Part shown: positions 1-10,253 of the stretch, in pieces | Numbering within the stretch: position 1 is the stretch's first letter | How the letters are laid out: each line of letters starts with the position of its first letter | Source of the DNA: a virus | Taxonomy: Duplodnaviria > Caudoviricetes | Strand: one strand, 5' to 3' | DNA: 64,000 nt | IMG/VR virus record: IMGVR_UViG_2890766748_000002 | Span: 27,330-91,329 of that record | Position numbers and translations under genes: made by a program | The notes under the pieces: model-generated | Databases searched by the model: none | What the model saw: only the letters and a program-made list of their open reading frames with translations | What the model was told of the DNA's origin: nothing

Positions 1-2
1 TT

Positions 3-203
3 CCCACGGTGAAGAACGCAACGGCCCGGATTGCCTGGGCCATTGCAATGGGCCGAAGGCGGGTTCCGAGCGTCGCCCGGGGCTACCGGGGAACCTGGTA
101 TAACAGTACTAAGGTGGAGATTATCAATTCGGCTAAAAATCGAATCCATAAGAGAATTTCAGAGTTTAGCATGGTATCATTAAAAAGCTCAATTAACTTT
201 TGA
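3..203 (+). CDS. 3' end of a phage gene (partial, probably morphogenesis)
   Basis: Frame is open from the window start to TGA 201-203 and lies upstream of the tail module. Confidence 0.45.
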   Translation, partial: PTVKNATARIAWAIAMGRRRVPSVARGYRGTWYNSTKVEIINSAKNRIHKRISEFSMVSLKSSINF

Positions 204-350
204 CAAAACGAAGTAAAAAGTAAATAATACTAGAGTTTATCCAGTGATAATGGAAAAAACATATGAGTAACAAAATAACACCCAACGGAGGGCTGTCGCC
301 TGTAAGGTAATTAATAGGAAATATAACTCTTTCCTTGGTCGAAGAAATTC

Positions 351-416
351 AATATGATAAATGCTTTTTAAAAAATTGGAAAATTTTCCAATTTTTTAAA
401 AAGCATTTATCATATT
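351..416. repeat. Perfect 66-bp palindrome, no spacer
   Basis: AATATGATAAATGCTTTTTAAAAAATTGGAAAA|TTTTCCAATTTTTTAAAAAGCATTTATCATATT, centre 383/384. Confidence 0.97.
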
Positions 417-512
417 TATAAAGAAAATCATCATCTAAAATATTAATAATTCCAAGTAATTAAATATGTATATATTAATTTTATTTCATAATTAACTCTA
501 AATTCTTGCAGT

Positions 513-1292
513 ATGAAAAATTTGATAACAAAATTCTCGTTCTTTATGATCTCATTTTTTTTGTTTGGTTGTCCTGATAAAAAAAATGATTTTACTGATA
601 AGGTAGTTTTAATTGAAGGGACTAACCCGCCTGAGAAAATAAGTATTCAAGTTCCAAATGATTGTCAAAAATTTGGAGACGGAGTAAAGGTATCCATTGA
701 CGCCTTAGTGAAATATAGTGAAAAGGAGTTAGGTTCTCTGAAGGGCAATTTTGAAAAGGCAAAAATTATTAGTGAATATGCTCAAAGGATTCAGACAATT
801 TGTATAGCTCAGTGCAATTTAGTTAGAACGTCTACCGTGATAAGTACAAAAAAATCAGATTACGATTTGTATTCAAAAATTGTGAGTGATTATACAGAAT
901 ATCAAAAAATAAGAGACTTGATAACTAGCAATCCGACTGAAAGCCAAAAAAATAAAATAACCGATTCTATACTTGAAGTCTACGAGGATCTTTATGATTC
1001 AAAAAAAGATGAGTTAATAGAAAATGCCGAAGCAGTTACATTTACTATAAACGCGTCTGTTGGACAAAACATTACTTTATACATTGGCGATGAAATGATT
1101 GCAGGTACAGTACCTGATGCAAATGGGATCGCTACATTGACAATACCTCAGAAGTTTATGGTGCCGAAACCAAAAGAGGTAGTCAAAGTAAGAATCAAAA
1201 TAACTTCTATTGGTTTTGCCGAAACAAACAAAACATTTTCACTTGGTGAAATCGTAAAGTCTTCTGTTGATAAAACGCCTTTACAAATATGA
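513..1292 (+). CDS. Lipoprotein, AT-rich moron
   Basis: Signal peptide ending FLFG-C followed by K/D-rich PDKKND; paralogous to the next gene. Confidence 0.8.
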   Translation: MKNLITKFSFFMISFFLFGCPDKKNDFTDKVVLIEGTNPPEKISIQVPNDCQKFGDGVKVSIDALVKYSEKELGSLKGNFEKAKIISEYAQRIQTICIAQCNLVRTSTVISTKKSDYDLYSKIVSDYTEYQKIRDLITSNPTESQKNKITDSILEVYEDLYDSKKDELIENAEAVTFTINASVGQNITLYIGDEMIAGTVPDANGIATLTIPQKFMVPKPKEVVKVRIKITSIGFAETNKTFSLGEIVKSSVDKTPLQI

Positions 1293-2127
1293 GCTTATGT
1301 GGAGGATGGAGCCTAAGAAGATTCACTCATGGTCAGATATTATACCAATATTTTTTATCTTTCCTTTAACTATAGCGATCCCTCCTAGAAACGGTTTTGA
1401 ACAAAGAACTGTTTATGTTAAAGGAACAATGCAAGAAATCATAATTTCTGTTCCAAAAAGATGTGACCGATTTAGTGAAGAAGTTAGTGAAATTTTTACT
1501 TCTATTCAAAAATTGAGCCATAAGAATATAGAGGTAGCTACTCAAAACTACGAAAAATTAAAAATTTTGAATGAAAATGCAGATAGGTTAAAAGCTATTT
1601 GTGTTGCACAATGTCATTTTATTCGGACCTCTATTGTTATAGACCCAAATGAGTCAGATTATAGCTTCTATTCGAATCTTTTGAAAAACTATATCGATTA
1701 TCAAAAATTTAAGGACTTCTTAAATGGAGAATTTGTTGATCAGGAAAAAATAACTAATAATATGCTGGCAATGTACAGGAATGTATATGAAACCAAGAAG
1801 CCAGAATTAGAATGTTTGGTCAAAGATTTTATATTTGCTATTAATTCTCCAATTAATGGTCAAGTAGAATTGTATATAAATGGAGAATTCGTAGCTAGTG
1901 CTCCCTCAAATCGAAATGGAAAAGCAATATTGACTATCCCTAAAGAATCTATGATTACTCATCCTGATTCAACTTCAAAAGTTGACATAGTGATCATAAT
2001 GTCAAATAATAGAAAGAAATATAAATCTATATTAGGCACAATAGTCAAAGAGGCTGATGAAAAAGGAGTGGTTGATACAGTACAAAGAAAACAATTTAGG
2101 AATCCGCTTAAGCCATTTGATCCTTAG
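1267..2127 (+). CDS. Membrane-anchored paralog of the 513-1292 lipoprotein (true start probably ~1297-1306)
   Basis: Shared motifs VPxxCxxF, ICxAQC, RTSxVI and L-T-I-P; N-terminal hydrophobic segment. Confidence 0.75.
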   Translation: MIKRLYKYELMWRMEPKKIHSWSDIIPIFFIFPLTIAIPPRNGFEQRTVYVKGTMQEIIISVPKRCDRFSEEVSEIFTSIQKLSHKNIEVATQNYEKLKILNENADRLKAICVAQCHFIRTSIVIDPNESDYSFYSNLLKNYIDYQKFKDFLNGEFVDQEKITNNMLAMYRNVYETKKPELECLVKDFIFAINSPINGQVELYINGEFVASAPSNRNGKAILTIPKESMITHPDSTSKVDIVIIMSNNRKKYKSILGTIVKEADEKGVVDTVQRKQFRNPLKPFDP

Positions 2128-2281
2128 TTTTATTTGTTTTTTTATTATATTTTTTATAAAAACTAATATTTTAGAATAAGCTATCTATTTTAGCAAATAC
2201 TTATGTTTTGATATTTAAAACCCGTCCTGTTCCGGCAAAAAGCTTTGGTCCAACTTGGGTCAAAGCTTTTTTCATTTTGCC

Positions 2282-5200
2282 ATGAACAACACGGAAGTCA
2301 GTAAGCTGAAGGTGGAAATTGACGGCGACGAAGCGCAGGAAACGTTGCTTTCACTTCAGACCGAAGCCAAAGAGATCAATAAGGAGTTGCGCCGGATGAA
2401 GGAAGCCGGAGAAGAAGGCTCCGACGCCTGGAAGGAAATGAAGGTCCGGCAAAAGGAGGTCAACGAAGAAATCCGGGAAATGACCCGGAATCTGGACCTG
2501 AATGATGCCACGATGACCGAGCTACGCGCCAACGCCCGGCTGTTGAACCGGGAATTGGACGGCCTGAAAGTTGGCTCCGAAGAATGGATTGCCAAAATGA
2601 AGGAAATCGCCGAAGTCGAAAACCGGATTTCGGACGTGAGGGCCGAAATGAAGCGGCTGAAGGGCGAAGGCGAAGAACAAACCGGCCTGTGGGACAACTT
2701 CAAAGCGGGTTTTGCCGGGGCGTTCACCTTTGAAGCGGTGAAGGAAGCCGCTCAGGCGGTTTGGGATTTCGGCAAAGAAGTGTTGGACACCGGGGCCAAA
2801 TTTGAGAAGTATCAAAATATTCTCAATACCACCCTGGGCGATACCGAGAAAGGAGCGGAAGCGTTCGAAATGCTTCAGAGCGTAGCGGCCAAAACCAACT
2901 TTACGTTGGACGAAATGACCGACAGCTACATCAAAATGGCGAATCGGGGATTGCGGCCGGGTCAGGATGAGTTGATGAAGCTGGCCGAGGTGGCCAACAC
3001 AACCGGAAAACCGCTCGGTGATCTGGTGGAAGCCATCAACGACGTCAGCAATACCGATCGGTGGAACGAATTTGGCATCAAGGCCCAAACCAACGGGGAT
3101 AAAGTCAGCCTGACGTTTAAGGGCGTCACCCAGGAGGTGGACAAGTCGGAAGCCGGGGTGTTAAAGGCCATTACCGCGTTCGGCGAAATGAACGGCGTGA
3201 TGGGCATGACGGCCACAATTGCCGGGGGCGCTGAAGGCCAGCTTTCGAACATTGATGACAAGTTAGATAGCCTTTATGCCGGGATTTTCAACAAAGGCAA
3301 AGAAGGCTTCAACGGATTGATTTCGTGGTTTTCGACCCTGATTTCTGTGTTAGTCGATGCCGTTAAATACTCCGATCCGGTGTTGCAGGTGTTTGACTCG
3401 GTGAATACCATTTTTGCCAGCACCTTCCGAAGTATCGGCCAGTTAGTCGGTGGTTTCCTGGGCTTAAACAGCGAATCGTTTACCACGCAAAAAGTCATGG
3501 AAGGGCTAGGCGTGGTTTTCAATGTGATCCTGACGCCCATCCGCCTGGCGCTGACTACTGTTCAATTGTTTGCCGATGGCTTGAACGCCCTTCAGAATAA
3601 AGGCAAGGAAGTGATGAACTTCTTCGGGGCTACCTTCAAGATTGATCCCAAAGCGAATTTTGATACACTGGCGAAAAATGCAGCCGCCAACTTCAAATCC
3701 ATTGAAGATTCGTGGACCAAAACCGAGAAAAGCCGGGAGACTCAAACCAAAGGAACAAATAAAAGTATTGAAGACGATTCAAAGAAATCCGGCCAAACGA
3801 TCAGTGCTGAAGCCAAAAAAGAAGCCGAAAAACGGGCCAAAGACCAGGAGAAAGCCGAAACCGACAGTCTGAAGAAAATTCAGGATATGAAGGTGAAGGC
3901 CATCACCGACGAGCGTGAACGCAGAATTGCCGAAATCAACCTTCAGTATCAGCGGGAAGAAGAAGCGGTTAAAAAATCGGTGGCCAGCCAGAAGACAAAA
4001 AACGAGCAACTGCAATTGCTGGCTCAGGAGCGGGAAAACAAGATTGATAAAGTCGAAGACGAATTCCGGAAGAAAAAGGAGAAGGAGGAAGCCGACGCTC
4101 AGAACCGGATTGACCAACTCAAGATCAAGTTGATTCAGGACGATTCGCAACGCAAGATTGCCGAACTGAACGCCCAGGCGCAACGCGATATTCAGACCAT
4201 CAATACCACGATCAAGAACGAAACGCAGAAGGCCGAAGCCATCCGGTTGATCAATGAAAAGCTAACCCGGGATGTGGAAGCCGTCAATGACAAACATCGG
4301 CAGGATGAAGAGAAGAAAAACCAGCAAAAGCGGGATCAGGAACTGAAAGCTGAAAAGCAACTATTTGACAATCAGTTTAAAGAAGCCACTTTCAATGCTG
4401 ATTTGAATTTGGCGCTGGCTAAAGACAATGCAGACAAAATCTATCAGGCCAAACTTGCCAAACTACAGGCGGAATATGCCTACAATAAACAGAAGCTTCA
4501 ATTGGAAGCCGACGAAGAAAAGGCCAAAAACCAAACGCTGATCCAGGATGCCGACAAACGGGCGGCTGCGGAACAGGCCATTGACGGCCGTCTGAAGGCG
4601 CAATTGTCGGCCGCCGATGCCAAATTCCAAAACGACAAAACGGCACTCGATCAGGAACATACGGCTAAACGCAAGGCCAATGCCGATCAGTTTTTCAGCG
4701 CCCTGAATGGGTTGATGACCGGCGACTACAATGCGTTTATGAATTTCCTGAACCAGAAGTTGGCTAGTGATGCAGCCGCCAACAACCAACGTTTGCAGGA
4801 TTTTGCCCGCTCGGGTCAGGAGACGTTAGGCATTGCTGGCCAGGTGGTGGGGGCGTTGAACACACTCAACGAGCAATACACGAAACGGCAGATTGACCGG
4901 ATTCATCAGGAACGCGACGAAGCCATTGCCCAGAAGCAGAAGCAAATCGCGGAAATTGAAGCCTTCGAAAAAGAATATGAGAAAAAGAAGCTTCAGTTGA
5001 CCAAAGAAATGAATGCTGCGGCCACGGCCGACGAGAAAAAGGCTACCCAACTGAAGCTTCAGAACCTGGAAAATGAATACAATTCGCGGTTGGATGCCAA
5101 AGAACAGTTGGAAGGAGGTATTGATGACATCCGGAGTGAAGCCGACGAAAAGGAGAAAGCCGCCAAAGTGAAGGCGTTCAACCGGGAGAAGACGTTAAAC

Positions 5201-6172
5201 ATTGCGGCCGCGCTGATCAATGCTGCCCAGGCGGCCCTGAAGTCGCTGGCCACGATGGGGTTCCCGCTCGGGCTGATTGGAGTGGCCACATCGGCGGTGT
5301 TGGCCGGGGTGCAAATCGGAATCATCAAAAACCAGAAACCACCTTCATACCGCGCTGGGGGATATGTCCGCAACGCCGGTGTTCCGGCTGGGCCTTTGCA
5401 TGGCCGACGCTACGGCGAATCCGGAATTTCCTTGACGCGCCGGGATACGGGTCAGGAAGTGGGCGAAATGGAAGGCGATGAGCCTATTATGATTTTGAGC
5501 CGCAACACCTACAAAAACAATCGGCCCGTGATTGATAAACTGCTTCATAGCTCCCTGCATCGGAACGGCGCTCCGATCTACGGCAACGGCGGGATCAACG
5601 ACGGGGGCAGCTACCGGGATTATCTGGAACCCTTGGGCTACGGAAACTCGTACCTGTTTGGGTCGAAGAAAGCCAAAAAAGCCGCCAAAGAAGCGGAAGC
5701 CGAAGCCAAACAAATGGCTGCCGAGCAGGAAGCGGAAATGGCTAAAATGCAGGCCGAAATGGACGCAATGGCTACCGATGGGGGTGGGGGCTACGATTCG
5801 GGCGGTTTGCCCTCGGACGGGGTGCATGTGGCTGGGGCCGATGGCGACGCGACAGGCACCATCTCGACCACCAATTCCCAGATTGAAGCCAGCCAGGAAA
5901 TGATGGCGGCTATTGCCGACAATACGGAAATGACCGTGAAAGCCCTGACTGAGATGCAAACGTTTATAGCAGACATGCTGCTGCCCACGCTGAAGGCTCA
6001 GGGAGTAGAGTTGTCGACCAGCGTAAACGGCAAGGTGGATGAACTGATTACGGTGGAACGTACGGCAAACAGTTATCTGGACCGCATAGCGGCCAAAGAA
6101 CTGTCGGTGCAAACGTTCGTCAATGTCATGAACCAAATCAGCGTTGTGGCCGGGGATTCCGATCTGAAATAA
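2282..6172 (+). CDS. Tail tape measure protein (prophage A)
   Basis: ~1300 aa, tape-measure N-terminal motif (KTNFTLDEM), long coiled coil, hydrophobic C-terminal helices, GG-rich C-terminal motif. Confidence 0.9.
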   Translation: MNNTEVSKLKVEIDGDEAQETLLSLQTEAKEINKELRRMKEAGEEGSDAWKEMKVRQKEVNEEIREMTRNLDLNDATMTELRANARLLNRELDGLKVGSEEWIAKMKEIAEVENRISDVRAEMKRLKGEGEEQTGLWDNFKAGFAGAFTFEAVKEAAQAVWDFGKEVLDTGAKFEKYQNILNTTLGDTEKGAEAFEMLQSVAAKTNFTLDEMTDSYIKMANRGLRPGQDELMKLAEVANTTGKPLGDLVEAINDVSNTDRWNEFGIKAQTNGDKVSLTFKGVTQEVDKSEAGVLKAITAFGEMNGVMGMTATIAGGAEGQLSNIDDKLDSLYAGIFNKGKEGFNGLISWFSTLISVLVDAVKYSDPVLQVFDSVNTIFASTFRSIGQLVGGFLGLNSESFTTQKVMEGLGVVFNVILTPIRLALTTVQLFADGLNALQNKGKEVMNFFGATFKIDPKANFDTLAKNAAANFKSIEDSWTKTEKSRETQTKGTNKSIEDDSKKSGQTISAEAKKEAEKRAKDQEKAETDSLKKIQDMKVKAITDERERRIAEINLQYQREEEAVKKSVASQKTKNEQLQLLAQERENKIDKVEDEFRKKKEKEEADAQNRIDQLKIKLIQDDSQRKIAELNAQAQRDIQTINTTIKNETQKAEAIRLINEKLTRDVEAVNDKHRQDEEKKNQQKRDQELKAEKQLFDNQFKEATFNADLNLALAKDNADKIYQAKLAKLQAEYAYNKQKLQLEADEEKAKNQTLIQDADKRAAAEQAIDGRLKAQLSAADAKFQNDKTALDQEHTAKRKANADQFFSALNGLMTGDYNAFMNFLNQKLASDAAANNQRLQDFARSGQETLGIAGQVVGALNTLNEQYTKRQIDRIHQERDEAIAQKQKQIAEIEAFEKEYEKKKLQLTKEMNAAATADEKKATQLKLQNLENEYNSRLDAKEQLEGGIDDIRSEADEKEKAAKVKAFNREKTLNIAAALINAAQAALKSLATMGFPLGLIGVATSAVLAGVQIGIIKNQKPPSYRAGGYVRNAGVPAGPLHGRRYGESGISLTRRDTGQEVGEMEGDEPIMILSRNTYKNNRPVIDKLLHSSLHRNGAPIYGNGGINDGGSYRDYLEPLGYGNSYLFGSKKAKKAAKEAEAEAKQMAAEQEAEMAKMQAEMDAMATDGGGGYDSGGLPSDGVHVAGADGDATGTISTTNSQIEASQEMMAAIADNTEMTVKALTEMQTFIADMLLPTLKAQGVELSTSVNGKVDELITVERTANSYLDRIAAKELSVQTFVNVMNQISVVAGDSDLK

Positions 6173-6234
6173 TTGCTTCCACGTGAGCGCCCTGGCTGTT
6201 TCAACCTGCGCGCTCACACTTCTTTTTTATCACG

Positions 6235-7650
6235 ATGGTCGATATACGAATTGATGGGTACAGCGTCGACATGACGCCGGGAACGCGGCTGACGCTCGAA
6301 CGGTTTAACCCGATGCTGAATTTTACGTCGGTGCAGGGTTCGCGGGTATACGGTTTTTCGTTGCCCGACACACCCTTGAACCGGCGGGTTTTGGGGTTTG
6401 TCAATCAAGCCCAGGTACCCTATAAAAACCGGCGGTTTTACTGCGAAAAATACGTCAATACGCAACTGGTGGAACGGGGTTATGTGAAAGTGCAGGATGT
6501 TCCGGCCGGAAGCTACAACCTGTATTTTACGCAAAACCTGGGCGAAATCTTTGGCGATCTGCAAAACGTGCTGTTGCCGGATATTGATTTCGGGACGGTT
6601 CCGGCTCCGGTGGCTCCGACGCTGGCGGCCAATCATCTGACGGATGCTGTGGCGTTTCCGATGATCGAAAATCCGGGGTTCTACGGCAACAACGCGGGCG
6701 TCGTGGGTTTCAACAACGCCATGAACCGCGTCAGCGCCGGAGAGATGGACACGAAAGCCCGGGTGCCAATGGTGTTTTTATCCTGGTTGTTTGAGCAGTT
6801 TGGACAGAAGGTAGGGTGGCAGTTTGGCGGTACTTTCCTGGAAGACCCGGACGTGTTGCGGCTGTTGCTGTTCAACCTGTACAGCCTGGACGATCAGCCG
6901 ACGATCCAGTACCGAAACCACCTACCGGAACTGACGTTTCCGGGACTATTGATTGCGCTCCGGCAACTGTTCAACCTGTATCTAGATTTCGACGTCCGGC
7001 GTCGGGTGTGTACGCTCGACTACACAGACGACATTCTGAAGGCTCCCACGGTGCTGGATTGGACGGCCAAAGCGGAGCCGACCCACACAAAGCTTCCGGA
7101 ACTGCAAAACCGGTTGGAACTGTCCTACGACATCGACGGCAACGATGCGCTGATGAAACCGATCCCGGCGGATTTCGACAAATACACCACTGCCGAAACT
7201 CCGGCGACTGCCGGGGGGAGCCTGGTCCCGATCCGAAGCCGGTTCGGCACGTTGCAGACAAACAGCGCTACGGGCCTGGCGATGACGTCACAGCCAGGAA
7301 TAAGCCTGTATAACAAAGATTCAGCGGCTCGGGGCTTGCCCAGGCTGTTATTCTGGAATGGCGTGATTGACGGCAAACCGATTGCTACCCACGCCATCGG
7401 CGACCGCCGGTTGGTGTGGAACGGCGCGGGGAACCTGGTGGACCGGCATTGGCGCATGTTCGAGCGCTTCAAAGCCAATACCTTTTTGATCCGGAAAATC
7501 CTGTACCTGACTCCGGCGGATTTGGCCACGTTCCGTTTTCGGAACAAAGTCCACATCCGGGGCGTGAATTACCTGATTGGCAGCATGAAGGCGGTGTTGG
7601 GAGCCGATGAAAATATTATTCCGGCGGAAGTGGAATTGTGGAAGGTTTAG
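6235..7650 (+). CDS. Phage tail protein (distal/tip-like)
   Basis: Directly after the TMP; N-terminal L-T-L-E-R-F-N-P / YGFSLP pattern typical of Bacteroidota siphovirus tail proteins. Confidence 0.65.
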   Translation: MVDIRIDGYSVDMTPGTRLTLERFNPMLNFTSVQGSRVYGFSLPDTPLNRRVLGFVNQAQVPYKNRRFYCEKYVNTQLVERGYVKVQDVPAGSYNLYFTQNLGEIFGDLQNVLLPDIDFGTVPAPVAPTLAANHLTDAVAFPMIENPGFYGNNAGVVGFNNAMNRVSAGEMDTKARVPMVFLSWLFEQFGQKVGWQFGGTFLEDPDVLRLLLFNLYSLDDQPTIQYRNHLPELTFPGLLIALRQLFNLYLDFDVRRRVCTLDYTDDILKAPTVLDWTAKAEPTHTKLPELQNRLELSYDIDGNDALMKPIPADFDKYTTAETPATAGGSLVPIRSRFGTLQTNSATGLAMTSQPGISLYNKDSAARGLPRLLFWNGVIDGKPIATHAIGDRRLVWNGAGNLVDRHWRMFERFKANTFLIRKILYLTPADLATFRFRNKVHIRGVNYLIGSMKAVLGADENIIPAEVELWKV

Positions 7651-7691
7651 TTAAATTGTAGAATAGATTTAAATTATATACCCTTATCACA

Positions 7692-7901
7692 ATGGCTAAC
7701 TTTATACGAGTTCACGAGCTTACTACTAAAATTGAGAACGTCCTTAATGTTGCAAAAATCGTTCGATTGAAGCCGACGGAAGATAGTTTCGGTAATCCTA
7801 AATGTCTAATTATATTCCAAGATGACGGTCTGACCGTTGATGAAACCTTTGAGGATGTAATTAAGAAAATCGAAGACGCTGCAAGCATTGACATTCTTTA
7901 A
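7692..7901 (+). CDS. Small hypothetical protein (FlbD-like pattern)
   Basis: 69 aa; xxLNxxxI...L-T-V-D-E-T-F-E-D-V pattern. Confidence 0.65.
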   Translation: MANFIRVHELTTKIENVLNVAKIVRLKPTEDSFGNPKCLIIFQDDGLTVDETFEDVIKKIEDAASIDIL

Positions 7902-7959
7902 AAAGGAATATTTTGAATACCATAAAATCGCAGTTCAAAAAATTAAAGAATAATTGATG

Positions 7960-7990
7960 ACGAAACCTGTCCGATCTGGACAGGTTTCGT
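7960..7990. terminator. Intrinsic terminator hairpin
   Basis: ACGAAACCTGTCC-GATCT-GGACAGGTTTCGT followed by T-rich sequence. Confidence 0.75.
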
Positions 7991-8152
7991 TGTTTCGGGT
8001 ATAAATTGCCTATACAAAATTTTAGGATTGGCAAATCTATACGTATTCATTTTTGAACGCCTAATTTATAAACAACACTGATTGTGTGAATAAAATAGCA
8101 AAATCCATTTTTGTGTCCTGCAAATACATAAGCTCTTCATAAATAAATGAAT

Positions 8153-8212
8153 GCGGTGTAGGGAATAGATGATAATATTACCCAGGCAGAAGTGGAATTG
8201 TAGAAGGTGTGA
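8153..8212 (+). repeat. Degenerate copy of the tail gene 3' end (7591-7650)
   Basis: 46/56 identity to 7591-7646 by manual alignment. Confidence 0.85.
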
Positions 8213-8294
8213 AAATATTCTTTAGTCTAAATCTATGGTTTTCTTAATAATTTGGTGAATTACATTTGAATTGCATATTCTTGAGAAAAAACTT

Positions 8295-9953
8295 ATGACA
8301 GTCTTTTTATATCCTACGCTGAAATATTCAGATATTTTTCCAATGGACGAAAGTGTTTCTGTGGAAGATTTACTAGGAGCTTATGATTTTGATATACTAT
8401 TAAATATTGCTCTATCTATCGATAGTATCAACATATCTGGTTATCATGGGGAAAATGGAGCTGTATTTAACTTAAGCGAAACACTAGATAGATTTCATGT
8501 TGAATACGGTGAAGAAAGGAGTAAGATTAGGTCTTCTATCCTTTCTATTGGCAAGGCAATAGTTAACAGGGTAAGTACATTGAGATTAATTGATATAATC
8601 CTGAGAATCGGTCATCAAACTAATTATAATGATAAAAAGGTAGGCTTGAATATGCTGAAGGCTTATTTGTTGATTAATCAGAAAATACATGATAAGTATT
8701 ATGAATCAAGGAGCCGAGCTATAGAACTAGGTTACGATGTGCCTGTATTTCAAGATATATTTTTATTGATCCATTCCGTAAGGTTTGAACATCATACAAA
8801 TTTTGACATATATTTCCCAAACTTGGTTAAATCGAAATTGTATTTAAAATTTTGTAAAGGATATCCAGCTCTGAATAGTCACCTCGATGATTTTCTCAGA
8901 AGAAAAAAATGTAGAGACATAGATGACTTTTTTAGAAAATATTTTCCTTTGATCGAATTTATGATTTCTAAATTTGATGAAAGATACCAGATGATAGAAG
9001 TGCCATCGGAGCACAATGAATATGAAGAATTATGTCATTATTTAGATGAAATGTCAATTGAGAAAAGTATTGACTTTGACTCCTGCGATTTTGCATATAT
9101 TAGAAGTAAGCCAATGTATAAAATTCGAAATGGCCGTTATGTGGTGATAAATGAGATTTTTTTAATTGAGAAAATTTACAAGAGCTTATATTTTGATTTT
9201 AAAGAAATAAATAGTACTCAATTAAGCCCTATAAAAAACTTCAGACAAGAGTTTACTACACAATTTTCTGAAAAATATTTGCTATATACTGTGTTAGATA
9301 AAGTTTATAGAGAGAATAAAGGTTCAAATTTTATCACCTTTTCAGGTGAAGAATTAAAAATAAAACTAGTTAATGCAGAGCCTGATTATTACATAAGAAA
9401 ATCTAATAAAATATTATTGATTGAGAATAAAGATAATATGATAAATGGCGTTGAGTTAGATAATAGTGATTTCGAAAAGATTATTTCAGTGTTCAAGGAT
9501 AGAATTAATAAGGCTTCCCGTCAAATAATCGTAAATATAGATCGATGTTTGGGTCAAAAAATAGAAGATAAAGAAATTGTTAATCAAGAAATTTATCCTG
9601 TAATGATTGTTCATGATAATATTTTTATGACCCCTGCTTTAAATCTATTAGCCAGGAGTTGGTTTAAAGGTCTCTTGGGAACTCAAGATAAATATTCAAG
9701 AATTAAACCTTTAACAATTATCTCAATAGATTTTTTCATAAATTATAGTTGGTTTATTAGAAGTAATAAAATTAATTTATTTAATTATATTGATAAATAT
9801 CACAAGTTCATTGATAATAAAGTTTCTGAAAATAATAGCCAAAAAAGCCATTATTCATTTTTTCATTATATCAAAAAAAGCTCAGGTACTGATGAGATGA
9901 AAAGATTATATAAAGATAGGTCTTTAATTGTTGGGAGATCATCTTTGTTTTAG
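8295..9953 (+). CDS. AT-rich cargo protein with C-terminal PD-(D/E)xK nuclease-like motif, candidate defence protein
   Basis: EPDYYIRKSNKILLIENKD motif; low GC; flanked by tail-end repeats. Confidence 0.6.
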   Translation: MTVFLYPTLKYSDIFPMDESVSVEDLLGAYDFDILLNIALSIDSINISGYHGENGAVFNLSETLDRFHVEYGEERSKIRSSILSIGKAIVNRVSTLRLIDIILRIGHQTNYNDKKVGLNMLKAYLLINQKIHDKYYESRSRAIELGYDVPVFQDIFLLIHSVRFEHHTNFDIYFPNLVKSKLYLKFCKGYPALNSHLDDFLRRKKCRDIDDFFRKYFPLIEFMISKFDERYQMIEVPSEHNEYEELCHYLDEMSIEKSIDFDSCDFAYIRSKPMYKIRNGRYVVINEIFLIEKIYKSLYFDFKEINSTQLSPIKNFRQEFTTQFSEKYLLYTVLDKVYRENKGSNFITFSGEELKIKLVNAEPDYYIRKSNKILLIENKDNMINGVELDNSDFEKIISVFKDRINKASRQIIVNIDRCLGQKIEDKEIVNQEIYPVMIVHDNIFMTPALNLLARSWFKGLLGTQDKYSRIKPLTIISIDFFINYSWFIRSNKINLFNYIDKYHKFIDNKVSENNSQKSHYSFFHYIKKSSGTDEMKRLYKDRSLIVGRSSLF

Positions 9954-10103
9954 GATAGAATAAAAGCTAAGTCTTTGTAACAGGCTTTTAATTAGGGGAA
10001 TGATTTTGTTTGTCGTCATTAATTGGATCACACAGATGAAACTGATTGTGAACCAAACAAATCGAAATACTCCTTCATAGCAGTATAAAGACAACGTCAG
10101 GGT

Positions 10104-10149
10104 CCGATGTAAATATTATTTCGGCGGAAGTGCAATTGTGAAAGGTTTA
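10104..10149 (+). repeat. Second copy of the tail gene 3' end (7604-7649)
   Basis: 42/46 identity by manual alignment, exactly 2500 bp downstream. Confidence 0.92.
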
Positions 10150-10253
10150 ATACTAAAGATATTTTCTTTAAATTGTATTTAATTTTTCTTTTATGCAATT
10201 TAATATTATGCGAATATTTGAGTATTATTTATTGAAACCGGAATCTTATAAAG

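Noticed and set aside
5345-6217. Long antisense ORFs (also 18383-19159, 32410-33255, 39509-40342, 53061-54152)
   Set aside because: They shadow well-supported genes on the opposite strand, have no recognisable motifs, and are expected from GC-rich codon usage
7591-10150. DGR template/variable repeat or CRISPR interpretation of the tail-end repeats
   Set aside because: No reverse transcriptase or cas gene in the window, mismatches are not adenine-specific, and spacing is gene-sized
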